64,000 nucleotides of DNA from Octopus bimaculoides. Lineage: Eukaryota. Every line of letters begins with the position of its first letter. Positions within the stretch are counted from its first letter, which is position 1. The stretch is taken from assembly GCF_001194135.2 (NCBI RefSeq), contig NC_068985.1:40378646-40442645 (forward strand). Direction: 5' to 3'. Below the pieces are notes generated by a model that was given only the letters and a program-made list of their open reading frames with translations, made no database searches and was not told where the DNA came from. Positions 25,881-39,057 of this stretch are shown here, in pieces. The position numbers were made by a program, and so were the translations under genes.

Positions 25881-26221
25881 TCAGGTCATCCTATAAGTTC
25901 TGTCCGATTTTACCTTTTTTAAAATTGAATGAAATTTAATAATATTTTAGAATGTCTAATGGAATTAAAAATTATTTTTATGCATTTGTGTACATTTAAA
26001 CTAATTAAATATTATTTTACAGAATAATAGAATTAAAATTTCTTTGGTTAAAACCCTTTCTAACATGGAAGTATCCAAAGAGCATTTGAGGCACATAATG
26101 CTTTATGAGTACAAAAAGGAAACTCTGCAGCCGAAGCAACTCGAAACATACACTAAGTTTATGGGAAAGAATGCTTGAATGAAAGAACTTGCAGAAGATG
26201 GTTTGCAAAATTCAGAAGTGG
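25881..26221 (+). mobile_element. Mariner transposon 5' end (TIR plus transposase N-terminus), cut by the gap
   Basis: TA|tcaggtcatcctataagttctgtccga terminus. ATG at 26065 gives MEVSKEHLRHIMLYEY.KGNSAAEATRNIH*VYGKECLNERTCRRWFAKFRSG, the Hsmar1/SETMAR-type HTH (RRWFAKFRSG). Confidence 0.9.
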
Positions 26222-27626
26222 NNNNNNNNNNNNNNNNNNNNNNNNNNNNNNNNNNNNNNNNNNNNNNNNNNNNNNNNNNNNNNNNNNNNNNNNNNNNNNN
26301 NNNNNNNNNNNNNNNNNNNNNNNNNNNNNNNNNNNNNNNNNNNNNNNNNNNNNNNNNNNNNNNNNNNNNNNNNNNNNNNNNNNNNNNNNNNNNNNNNNNN
26401 NNNNNNNNNNNNNNNNNNNNNNNNNNNNNNNNNNNNNNNNNNNNNNNNNNNNNNNNNNNNNNNNNNNNNNNNNNNNNNNNNNNNNNNNNNNNNNNNNNNN
26501 NNNNNNNNNNNNNNNNNNNNNNNNNNNNNNNNNNNNNNNNNNNNNNNNNNNNNNNNNNNNNNNNNNNNNNNNNNNNNNNNNNNNNNNNNNNNNNNNNNNN
26601 NNNNNNNNNNNNNNNNNNNNNNNNNNNNNNNNNNNNNNNNNNNNNNNNNNNNNNNNNNNNNNNNNNNNNNNNNNNNNNNNNNNNNNNNNNNNNNNNNNNN
26701 NNNNNNNNNNNNNNNNNNNNNNNNNNNNNNNNNNNNNNNNNNNNNNNNNNNNNNNNNNNNNNNNNNNNNNNNNNNNNNNNNNNNNNNNNNNNNNNNNNNN
26801 NNNNNNNNNNNNNNNNNNNNNNNNNNNNNNNNNNNNNNNNNNNNNNNNNNNNNNNNNNNNNNNNNNNNNNNNNNNNNNNNNNNNNNNNNNNNNNNNNNNN
26901 NNNNNNNNNNNNNNNNNNNNNNNNNNNNNNNNNNNNNNNNNNNNNNNNNNNNNNNNNNNNNNNNNNNNNNNNNNNNNNNNNNNNNNNNNNNNNNNNNNNN
27001 NNNNNNNNNNNNNNNNNNNNNNNNNNNNNNNNNNNNNNNNNNNNNNNNNNNNNNNNNNNNNNNNNNNNNNNNNNNNNNNNNNNNNNNNNNNNNNNNNNNN
27101 NNNNNNNNNNNNNNNNNNNNNAGAGAGACAGACTCTATGAAATGGACAATCTAGCTAAATTTAAGATTTGTTTCTTTTTGGCATTTGATTACAGTAGAAT
27201 TGTGGTAAAACTATCAACATTCATGACAGTAAATATTTTCTATCAGTAATTAGTCTCAAAGGAAGAGGGTTATATTTGGAGTTTCATAGACTGAAATGGT
27301 TGGATGAGGTAAAATGTTAAATTTGAATTCTTGCAATTTAATATCTGCTGGAAGAACTTGGATAGTTTTAGAGAGTTCTCATGGATTGAACATAAATTTC
27401 TTACAGTGGTAGTAGAGGTGATGTTGGTGATAATGAATGTTTCATATTTGCATCAATCTCACTAGTCTTGGAAGAGCCTATAAAGGTTAGAATCAGTGAC
27501 TAAAACGTTTTAAGATTGATATTTGTTAACAAAAGAAATAATAGTACAACTTCAACAAAATGACTATGGGTAAGATACAAGAATGCCAGCTCATGTCACT
27601 AAGCAGGACTCTGAAATTCTACTCAC

Positions 27627-27638
27627 CCTCTGTTCAGC
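27627..27638 (-). other. Candidate 12-nt microexon
   Basis: tttgttgttttccattgcag|GCTGAACAGAGG|gtgagt: strong pyrimidine tract plus CAG, and a near-consensus donor 12 nt later. Confidence 0.35.
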
Positions 27639-28869
27639 CTGCAATGGAAAACAACAAATCTACAAATGTTGCTAGCAACAGGCTAGTCTCTCATCCACAG
27701 AGAGATTTATCTTTTATCCACTGTTGGCATTTCCTTGTCTATTTAGTCAGCATGCTGAATAATACAAACTTCATTCACCTAGATGCTGGGAATAGACTCC
27801 TTATTATCTATGATAGGTTAGTGTCCAATACAGGGAAGGATTTATCTGTTATCTGTTAAAACACCATAAAACCAGAGCTAAGCACCAATCTTGTGTGCTC
27901 TGTAAACTCATGAAGACATTTTATTTGCATATACAACATAAATCTAAAGAACAAGGAAGTAAATCTGAGTTCTGGTTTTATTTTTTATTTCCTATTCTTT
28001 AACAAATGAAGGAAGAAAGAAAAATGAAAGGCAGAAAAAGAGAAGAAATAAAAAGGAAGAAAAGAAATGACTTTAAAATGAAGAAATAAAAAAAAAAGAG
28101 AAAGGAAAAAACTACCACCTGACATTTTATTTGTTGATTAAAATTTTCTTTTCCTCACATCTCTCAATAAGCTTTCGGTGTTTTGGAACAAGCCAAATGA
28201 GGCATTTAATTGAGGTAGCATTACACATATTCTTAGACACACACATACAGCTCTATATAATACATAATAGAAAATGTTCAAATATCAACAAAATAAACAT
28301 TACATAACATCCGTATTAAATTCACTTTCCCTAATATTATCCAAACATCCTTCATTTTCATAGTTTTGCAGAAAACAGCTGTTTTCTTCATTATAAACCT
28401 TACTGCTGTATTTCTTCAGCCCCTTTTTTTCCATATTTCATTTAATTTATTTATTCATTCACCAATTCCTACCACCCTATTCCATCTTCAAGGATATTTA
28501 AGCAACATATTTCTCATTTGCTCAAACCCAAAGCAGAAATATTTGCTGTCAACTTCTTTAAACTTTGTGTCTATTTGTTACAAAGAACAGTCAGCCTTCC
28601 AGTCCCACTCATTTTTCTTTATTTTAATTTTCTTTGTATTATTTCACTAAAAAACATTCAAGCATTCCTATGCACCAAGAAATCAATAAACTAAATCAGC
28701 AACATAGAATAAAGACTATGAGAAATGGAAATTAACAACAACATTAGAGTTGTTTCATTCGATATTTTGGGGAGATTTAATGAAACAGAGATAGAGACAA
28801 ACAAATACAGGGATTTGGGCTAATTTGATGATATTTCATATCTCCTTTTTGCAGGAACAGTCAACAGCA

Positions 28870-29296
28870 TTGGAGAACATAAAGATTAAAGTTGTCGTTG
28901 AGAAAAAGTTAGCTGACATGAAGTACTGGAAGCCATCTGAATGTCAGAAAAGTGTTACTTGTATAATGAGGATTTGCACTGGGTATTAAAATGTCAATAT
29001 CATGGTTGCTGCTCCATGCTCGGTGAACACTATAAAAGTTGTGAAATGTGTTACACATATCATAAAAATCAAGTTGCCCCAATTTGTGATGGTGTATGTG
29101 TATCCAGTGAGGGTGACATCATGCTGCCACACAATTTCGAACAGAGCCTTAGGCTCAATTCAGATGACTATGTAAAGCTGCTGGAGACTGCAGTCAAACC
29201 TTGGCTGGAGAAGGATGCTGCTGGAAGGCCATATGTATAGCAGCAAGATTCAACTCCCTATCTCTGGAAAGAGCCAGAAGTGGTTATCAGAGAATT
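28870..29296 (+). mobile_element. Internally deleted maT (DD37D, Bmmar1-like) Tc1/mariner transposon, truncated at a SINE array
   Basis: N-terminal MKYWKPSECQK...SVNTIKVV and catalytic-region VCVSSEGDIMLPHNFEQSLRLNSDDYVKLLETAVKPWLEKDAAGRPYV*QQDSTP...KSQKWLSEN. Confidence 0.8.
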
Positions 29297-29303
29297 ATTA
29301 TTA

Positions 29304-29932
29304 AGGCAGTGAGCTGGCAGAATTATTAGCATACCAGGCAAAATGCTTAGCGGTATTTCACCCCCAACTATGTTCTGAGTTCAAATTCTGCTGAAGTTGA
29401 CTTGCCTTTCATCCTTTCAGGGTCGATAAATTAAGTATCAGTGAAACACTGGGGTCAATATAATTGTCTCCTCACACCAAATTTCAGGCTTTGTGCCTAT
29501 AGTAGAAAGGACCATCATCATCATTATTATTATTATTATTAAGTCAGCAAGCTAGCAGAATTATTAGCATGTCAGGAAAAGCTTCCTAGCATTTTTCCCG
29601 ATTTTAAGTTCCAAGTTCAAATGCCATAGAGGTCAACTTTGCCTTTTAGAATCAATAAAATAAGCCTAATCCTCCAAAATTTCAGACCTTATACCTATAG
29701 TAGAAATCATTATTTTATTTTATTTTTATTAATAAGGGAGCAAGTTGGCAGAATCATTAACATACCAAACAAAATGCTTAACAATATTTCTTCTGGCTTT
29801 ATGTTCTGAGTTCAAATTCCACCGATGCCAAATTTGCTTTTCATCCTTTTAGGGTTGATGAAAAGTACCAGTTGAGCCCCTTACCCAAAAATTTCAGGTC
29901 TCGTGCCTATCTCAGAAAGGATTATTATTATT
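29304..29932 (+). mobile_element. Three head-to-tail family B SINEs, each ending in an (ATT)n tail
   Basis: Heads at about 29304, 29541 and 29734 (gctggcagaatt/c-attagcat); each ends gtgcctat..tagaaagg followed by an att-rich tail. Confidence 0.88.
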
Positions 29933-30743
29933 TAGATTAGAATCCTACAAATCAGATATCCACCTTCCTATAGATATTTGAGTGTGATAAGTATGTAATG
30001 ACATAAAACCTAAATTTAATTGCAAAGATCATGCTAACTAGAGGATTGCACAGGAATGTCTTCTCCAAACTCTATTTTCAACTCCTGCAAACAGGAGGGG
30101 GTTGAAAATGAAAACTATCCCCATACTCTAAATTTGAGATGTACTTGTGTAAGAAACCAATATTAGAGTACACAGTAGTTTGACAGAATCAGGAGAACCC
30201 CCAAGCAAGATATAGTATTCGATTCATCACTATATATACTGAGCTCAAATCTCACTATAGTCAATTTTGTCTTCATCCTTTCGGTGGTTGATAAAATTTG
30301 TACCAATCAAGTACTGAAGTTGAGTTAAATTAATATATTTATGACCCCAAAATGCCAATATGAGAAATCAATATTTCAATACTACAACTGACTATAGTAG
30401 CCAACTGTTCTAGTCTATTTTCCGCCAATGATAGACTATGAGCCACTAATCATTGGTTGGTTGTACAATGATCTATCAACTCCAATGTCCATTCTTTGAT
30501 TTGTATCAAAGAGACCATGAAACAATGCAGGTAAAGGCAGGGAGTCTACAATGATTGGATAATTACTCATGATCTATAACAAGGACTTGAGTTAGGTTCA
30601 ATAAAAGTTGAGTAAGAAGCTGTCAAAAACAAAGCAATTGTTTACAACAATAGTTAACAATTACTGCTAGCTTTCTGTGATTGTCAGGAACAGTTACAAA
30701 GAATTACCATGAGATTTACATAAAATTGTAAGCAACAATTATA

Positions 30744-30905
30744 GGCGCAGGAGTGGCTGTATGGTAAGTAGCTTGCTTACTAGCCACATGGTTCCAGGTT
30801 CAGTCCCACTGCATGGCACCTTGGGCAAGTGTCTTCTACTATAGCCTCAGGCTGACCAAAGCCTTGTGAGCGGATTTGGTAGACAGAAACTGAAAGAAGC
30901 CTGCC

Positions 30906-30955
<50 letters not shown>

Positions 30956-31165
30956 ATGCGTGCATGCGTGCGTGCATTTGTCCCTCCACCCACCATCGCT
31001 GGACAACCAATGTTGGTGTGTTTACATCCCCATAACTTAGCAGTTTAGCAAAAGGGACCAATAGAATAAGTACCAGGCTTACAAAGAATAAGTCCTGGAG
31101 GTCAATCTGTTCAACTAAAGGCGGTACTCCAGCATGGCCACAGTCAAATGACTGAAACAAAGAAA
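30744..31165 (+). mobile_element. tRNA-derived SINE, family A, full length
   Basis: ggcgcaggagtggctgtatggtaag head, internal (TG)n, gactgaaacaaag tail. Confidence 0.92.
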
Positions 31166-32120
31166 AAAGAAAAAAAACCAGTTGCTAAGAATTACAGCTA
31201 GGTTTTTGCTGTCTTTCTCCAACTAAGGTAGAAATTTCAGTCAATTGGGAATATTTCTGATGTACATTATTCAGTTGTCTTTTTATCATTATCATTGTCT
31301 GAAGATCATAGGTTTAGATGAAGCAGACCACTATTTTAAAGATGTTAGTAAGTTTGTTGAAGATTTGATAGCTGTATTGAACAAGGTGAGGAATGACAAA
31401 AAAGCCATTTGAGGTTCGAGAATTAATAAGCTAACTGACCTACTAGAAGAATGTACAGAAATATCTAGTTGTGCAGACCTGTTCAACCCATGGAAACATG
31501 ATGAAGATCAGAGTTGAGAAGAATAAAAGATAGTAAGCAGAAGATGATTTCAAAGACAAAAAAGAAATAGCAAAAAGATACACTGACAGGGCGTCAACAG
31601 GAAGTTGTACAAACAATGCAGTAACTGTATTGAGTGTGTGAATAAGAAGTCTTGTAGACGGAATGACACCTGCATGTTGGAACAGTTATTGTATATTATG
31701 AAAACGTTTTTTCAATCTAGAAAAATCTAGAAACATGTTTGTGTTTATCTATGTAAGGGTGTTTGTCATCTCTTCACTGAGGACAGAACTAAGGTCAATG
31801 GTTGAAAAGAAAATAAGATACTGTGAGGATGAATAGAAAATAGTTCACATCTGTAAGTTATCAATAATACTGAAACAGAAATCTATTATAGCAGAAACAA
31901 ACCATACTACCACCACTATTCACCCAACATTACTTCCAATTTTCAATCTACCGCTAAGTTTCCAAAACTCCAAAACTTATAACTATTATTTTTCTACATA
32001 TGGACTCACTCAACATGTCTCTTTGTTCTGTTTTTTTAAATACTGCAGTTACCACACAACCTTTCTTTTATATAGCTTATCTGTGAAAGAAGCTTATTGA
32101 TATAATAACCTCCACCTCAC

Positions 32121-32161
32121 CTTTTGCTTACATTATACAGCCTGTAAGTGTCAACTTCAGA
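32121..32161 (-). other. Candidate 41-nt exon (alternative internal donor would give 30 nt)
   Basis: Acceptor cccattttgtttcag; donors AAG|gtgagg (41 nt) or AAT|gtaagc (30 nt); reads SEVDTYRLYN(VSK). No homology recognised. Confidence 0.25.
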
Positions 32162-32265
32162 CTGAAACAAAATGGGTGTATTCTGATGTTCAAAGCTTAT
32201 TGAAGACAGTGGATTCATATGCAAAAGAAGCACATTCATAGAAAGCCTATTTTCCTTTACACAAG

Positions 32266-32366
<101 letters not shown>

Positions 32367-32718
32367 ATCATTTTAATACCCACTTTTCCATGCTCACATA
32401 GATAAAACAGAATTTGTTGAGGCAGAATTTCTAAGTCTGGAGACCCTTCCTGTTGCCAAGCAAGGTAAATCTTTCCCCAAACCTAGAGACATTTTCATGA
32501 GAGATTGGAAACAAGACACCACTTGCATGACAGTGACACTTGTTTACAATTATCACATGATGTCAAGACAAGGAGACAGTAACAAACACACACATACACA
32601 CACACACATGCATTATGGGCTTCCTTTAGTTTCCATCTACCAAATTCACTCACAAGCCTTTGGTCAGCTCAGAACTACATAAAGATGCCCAAATAGTTAT
32701 GCAGGGAGACTCATACAC

Positions 32719-32756
<38 letters not shown>

Positions 32757-33819
32757 NNNNNNNNNNACACACACACGCACGCACGTGCATGCACAATTCC
32801 TTCAATTTGCTGTATCCAGCAACCATGTAATTTGCTGTTCCTAATTTACTCTACTTTGTTTGCTTGACTATTTCGTTACCTCCTAAAATACAGAAGTTAG
32901 AGAAAATTCACATTATTTATAATTAATAATTTCTAAACAAAACAGGACAAAATGCCTTGTGGAATTTTGTTGCATACTTTTACATTGTTGAGTTCATAGC
33001 CAACCAAAGTTGACTTCACTTTCATCTTTCTATGCTTGATAAAATAAGGATCCATCCCTTAAATTTGAGACCTTGTACAAATTTTTAACTATGCAAAATA
33101 ATGTTTTTAGCAAGTTATTTGAATATATGCCAAGCAAGTTAAACTTGTTACATATATACTGAAACACAAAAGTAATACATTCATACATGTCTATATTACA
33201 ATATTTCATTCAAATATTTTGTTATAATACACATGACAACATAAATTGAAATACAGACCACATATAACAATGGCTTCACTGAATACATGCTCAGGTATAC
33301 AACTCATCAGAAAAGAATAAAAGAAGTGATAAAAAGCAATAATACTGGCCAACATTAGACCAAATGATTCAATTATGCAAATGAAACAGGGCATGGGAAG
33401 GGAGGTATCGCATCAAATATAACCTTAGGTTTTATTTATGGATTTACATGTTTGTAAATGGACTTGCTTTGGATGATTTTAAATACACTGTTATGGTAAA
33501 GCTAAAGCATCAACATCATTCTATGTTCATTTGAGTTCAATGAATTGTAGAAGTATATAAAAGAATGCACTAAAAGCTCAACCAACTGACATTTCCTAAA
33601 ATTCTAGAAACCATTCCCAAAAGGTAGCTGGACTAGAATAATATTGAATAAGACATTTGTTTGACAGAGAAACGAAACAGAATGCTTGCAGCAGAACCGA
33701 ACTCATTCTCATACAATGACATGTATATTGTATCTACTTGTTTGTTAGTTTGTATTTACATTATTAAGTTGGTGAGAGAAGGAATGTTAGTAACATAATA
33801 ATATTAAGACATGTCCATA

Positions 33820-34620
33820 CACTGGTGGACCTGTGTGACACCTATCTAGGGACCAGCCCTTCTCCAAGTCCAATATACTTAGCCACTATGGCTAAGCATA
33901 TCTGATTTATAACTGGGGTTCTTGACTGTACAACCACCCTAGGCCAGAGTGAATCTAGGAGTAGCAATGACTAAGGTTTAACTCCTTACTCTCCAAAACT
34001 CCAAACTGCCTGAACTAGAGCCTCGTTACTAGATGCAATTTGATATACTGCCCAAAGCCTTCTACCTAAAGACATGATCTATATAAAAAAAAAAAAGACT
34101 AATGTTCAGTTTGAATTTCTGTAGGTCAATACCTCTCTCACTCTATTCATGCACCTGTTTTATAGGGCATAGGGGACCATGGACCTCTATGACAAAATGT
34201 GAAAACGATTTTTCTTGGGAAAAGATACAGCAGCAATTTTTTGTTTGCTTTCTGTTGATTTATTTACAGTTTATTCTACTAGTTTCCCATTCTCCTAAGC
34301 TTATCCTTAAGGCACAGGATTCATTCAATCCTTAGGTAGGGAGACTGGCTCATGTGATATCAGAGCATGTCTATACACTTGTGGACCTGTGTAACACATG
34401 TTTAGGGCAATCCATCATCAAGTTCTGTACACTTTAACCACAAGTTCATCTTCTATTTGACTTATAACTGGAGTTTTTGACAGTACAACCACCTTGGGCA
34501 AGTGTGACCTGAAAGTAATGGTAACTAAGAGTTAACTCTTGACTCCCCAAACGCCTGAACTCTTATCTGGAGCCTTACCACCAAATATGGTTTGATATAT
34601 CTTGCCCAAGGCCTTCAACA
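33820..34620 (+). repeat. Two diverged tandem copies of an interspersed repeat; third copy at about 50540-50820
   Basis: Shared blocks gtggacctgtgtgacac, cttctccaagtcc, gtacaaccaccctaggcc and atgactaagg at about 33830 and 34380 (period about 550 bp) and at about 50570. Confidence 0.65.
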
Positions 34621-36309
34621 TAGAGACATACTGTAACAAAAGCTAAAGATTGCTTCACTCCCAGTGGTTCTACAGCATGCTGGCAACAGATACATTTTAA
34701 TCACATCGACTGAAAAATTATTCCACCACATGAATTGATTCTCTATTCCAAACCAAAACAACACATACCAGTATTGTAAACCAGTACTGCATACAATGAT
34801 AATAAATATGATGCTAACAATTTTTACAGGACACAATTCTTACCAGTACATGTGTCAGCTGTACCCATTTAAATTGTAAAAAGAAAATCGAAATTTTACT
34901 TAAAAAGTATCTATTTTTAGAGAAGATTAGGATATCTATTTTTTTTTCAGCAAAATAATTACACATTGAAATTACTCAATGCAAATTTATGACTTTTGGC
35001 AATAAATGAATTTGTACTAAATATGAATAAACTGAAGTAATTTTCCTCTCCATTTTATAGAGATTAATTTTCCAACATGCTCAAATTAATACCAAGTTCT
35101 TTGCTATTATATATAATTAGATACTCTATATTTGGAATATGAATATTCCTATCAGACTGAAGAATCATCTGCTGATGGTTATTTTTACCTGTTTTTCCTG
35201 AATAAAAATTTAGCTATTGCTGGCACACCTTTGTTTTCCTGCACCCCATCCTAATATAACTCCAAAGGAATCCTGTCAAGTAACACCCAGACTATTAATA
35301 TGAAGTTAACAACAACAATAATCATGATGATGATGATGCTTCTTTCCAAGCAAAAGTACAATCTTTCTCCTTACAGACAATTTCACTTTTAATACATGAG
35401 CCATCTGCTGGTGATTCATCATTAGCCAATATATCTTCATCTTAAATTTTAAGCAGTCTATTATCACTTCCATTTGACTATAAATGACAGCTGCATCAAG
35501 TCTATTATCATCAAAATATGAATGACAAGAGTATTTATAGTTCTTTTCTGTTATGTTGTGTTATGCTATGCTCGTTTTATTTTTAATGAATTCCACATGA
35601 GGGAGAAGTCTTTGAAGGATCCAGATAATTAATGTAGACATGTATAGTGAAGTTAAGACGTTTGACTTGCTAAAGATTTTATCGCTATATACTTCATTCA
35701 TTACCAACTCATCAATGTGCATCTCTCAGCAAATCATTGCAATTAAATCTCAGATGTAAAATATAAATTGCATGATTGTTTCTTTTGATTACAAATGAAA
35801 GAAAGATTAGTTATGCATGTGTGTGCTTAAAAATTTAAACAAAGCTAAACATACTAATACAAAGAGTACTCCTATGAGAGGAGTTTCACACATCTTTATC
35901 CTTTCTCTTATGAACATGTTTTGTGGATGCAAGCATGATCCTGTAGTCAAGGAGTTTGCTTCACAATCACATGGTTTTGGGCTCAATACCACTGTTCAGA
36001 ACAGTGTACAAATATCTTGTATAGTAACAGGTAAACTTAAGCCTTGAATGAAATTGTATAGGTAGAAACTATGCAGGAGCTTTACACTTCCTTTTCTAAG
36101 TTGTGCGTGTGAGCATGCACATGTAAGTGTACAGTAATAACACAGCACTATACAGAGTCTTTGTAGGCAGACTTTGGCCAATGGTTAGGAAGTTTGCTTT
36201 ACAATCAGGAGGTCTTGGTTTCATATCTACTGCATGGTATGTAGGGCATCAAGTTGACCCATACCTACATTTGGGATAAGATTAAATATTGAGGGTCTTC
36301 CTTACACAC

Positions 36310-37370
36310 TAGTTGCTTTTCAAAAAAATGCATCTTATGTTCTCTGTATCTTCTTGGATCATCTCTTATGAACGAGTTCGCATTAGCAGTATATCATGTC
36401 CAAAACACCTTTCTTTGCTTGCTGCTGCACTCTTAGTCAAGGCTATCCTCAGTAATCTTGATGATGCTGTTAAGTGAGAAATTCAGAAATGAACAATTCT
36501 TTCTGGTGTTACTGGCACAACAGAAGGATCTTCATTTGACATGTGCTGACTTGCTAACTCAAGTAATTCTTTAATAAACTCTTACTATAAGATTCTATTA
36601 ACTCCTCCAAATATTTTGCATCATTGTTGTGCATTTTCCCTTCAGTGGCCAACTCAGTGATGTCACTGATAACTAGAAGTCATAATATGCTTCTGGCCAT
36701 AGATTCTACCAAACTCTGCAGATCTTGGTTACTTTGACCAAAGCTGCTTTGATATTTATGCAGAGTCTGAGAAACTGTTTCACTTGTCTTTTTTTTTTTT
36801 TTTTTCATCAACAAATTGTTTAAAAGTGGTGGTAAGTGTCAGAAGCCTTATAAATTATACCCTGATCCACAGGTTGTAATACATAAATGATGTTTGATGG
36901 TAGGCAAAAACTACTTCAACAAGAATGCTGGTCTGCAGTGTGTTGAAATTTGGAGGATGGCCTGGAGCATTAGGTATAAGGTTGTATCTTTCACATTTTT
37001 TCACTGCCAGACAAAAACACCATTCGAAAATTTCTTTGGTCATCTAGGCTTTGTTTGATTCTAAAATAACATGCAGTTGAATTTTCTATATTCCCCTCAT
37101 TTACTCCTTAACAAGTCAACTTCTTTGCTGAAAATAATGAAGTCATCATGGATGAAGTTCTTATTTTGTCTACATTTTGCACGGTGGTTCTAATTTTTGA
37201 TATAGCCAAGTTTAAAAATTTACCTACATATACCTGACATTCATTAGCCTCTGATCATCTCAACACTTGTGATTTTACATCCAGTGTTATATTTTTTCTT
37301 AGGATGTTAGATAAACTTTTAGCACTTGGAAAAGCGGGCTATTTTCCACTCATGAAGAGTAAAAAGAACT
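36310..37370 (-). mobile_element. Tigger/pogo transposase relic with internal deletion
   Basis: N-terminal MSGK*PAFPSAKS...RKNITLDVKSQVLR...LAISKIRTTVQNVDKIR; DDE region MTKEIFEW...NAPGHPP; C-terminal W*NLWPEAYYDF and ISDITELA...LEELIESY. Confidence 0.8.
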
Positions 37371-38634
37371 GTAAACAATTCAGGTGGAAGTGGAAGTAAG
37401 CATGTGTGTGAATCATAGTTTCTTACATTCCTTCATAGTTTCAATTTCTTGGAAAAACATTCATCTGAAAACATTTATTTTTTAGGAAAACACTTTTTTG
37501 TAAAAGAAACTATTTTCACCTTCATTTTTACTTTCATAGGAGGCAAACGGTAAGATGGCAACGAAAGTATTCTTGTTTCTTGCTATCTTTTATTATCTTT
37601 TTACACTTCTGAAAACTTTTTGCACTACAAATTTTATTCTCACTTCACATTTAAACAACATTCACTCTGGTAAAAAAAAAAAAAAAACCAAAGACTTTAA
37701 GCAATAAAAGAAACAATGAGTAGAAACTTGCTGAGAAAGAATGAGAGAACACAGACAAGAAATAAAAAGGAGTCAAAAATCATTGGTAAATAAGAGCCAA
37801 CATGAGCAAGCACATATAAATGGGATACCTAAAATATCAGCGCAAAAGACAAATACAAAGAAAGAACATAGATAATGAACAACAAGTTGATTATATGCAA
37901 CAACATCAAGAGTTAAGTGCATCAAAGTAATGAACTTCAAGAAAGGAAAAAAGTCTGACAAGAAAAACATAAGGGCAGAACAGTTGCTTGATTTGAGAAA
38001 TATTCAAACAAGAAGACAATATCAGAGACAAATTTTGTGTTGCTATGATACACCATCAAAATGAACTTTTTTTTTTGTGTTTTCAATAATTTCAATCCAT
38101 AGTCTGGCTCAGGCATGAGCAGCCCTTTACAAAAAGTGGTTCACATGAGACATAGCTCATTATGAAGTAGGCCACACACTAAAAAAATTTTGTTTAAATG
38201 TATCATTCAAAAAGCCCCACAGGCCATAGCTTGCCCATGACTGGTCTAGGTCATTATCATAAGAATCTTCAGTGTAATGAAACAATATAGTAAAGATTAT
38301 ATAAATTCATGCATCAAAAGTAAAGACGGTTATAATTTTGGTTGAATTTCCAAGGTCTCATGAGTTATCATCTACTGTTGTCCCACTGAAAATATTATCT
38401 CCAAAAAAAAAAAAAAAAAAAAAAAAGAGTGCTATGCTGTAGCAAATCAACTCTAAACAGAGTAGCATTAAGTGGGGTATTACTTTGAATGCACACACAC
38501 ATATAAATACTTTACAGAAAATAGAGGAAATCTAGAATGCAGAATAGCTGTGAAAACAACTTAAAAGATCAGGTAAATACCCTTTGAAGACAGAAAAAGG
38601 TGGCCAGCAAGCCACTACAAAAAATATATGTATG

Positions 38635-38676
<42 letters not shown>

Positions 38677-39023
38677 GAAGGTAGGATGGGGATAAAGAGA
38701 GAGTTGATGTATGATTCACACTTCAGGAAAACAAGCACATACAAATGAGAAACTTGGAGAAGCAAAAGCGAAAATCAACAGCTTCAACAAAATAAGTAGC
38801 ATTTTTCCTTCTGTCTAGACATTTGTGCAGTGCATGCATGTGCATCTGTGTGTGTGTGTACACGCACACATGCATGTGCATGCACACACGTACTTGTACT
38901 GCTGTTTGCCAAATCTGATTGTTAGCAATTATTAGGGAGAATTGCTTTTTCAATGTGGATGTCCTTTTACTGTTACTGTGGAAGATAGGGTACATCTCAC
39001 CAGACAGACTAAGGCAAGCATAT

Positions 39024-39055
<32 letters not shown>

Positions 39056-39057
<2 letters not shown>

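Noticed and set aside
19549-27249. Long ORFs (214-356 aa) in the ORF track at 19549-20642, 21446-22330 and 26175-27249
   Set aside because: They are open only because N-runs translate as X; the real sequence at their ends is PLE, microsatellite or mariner.
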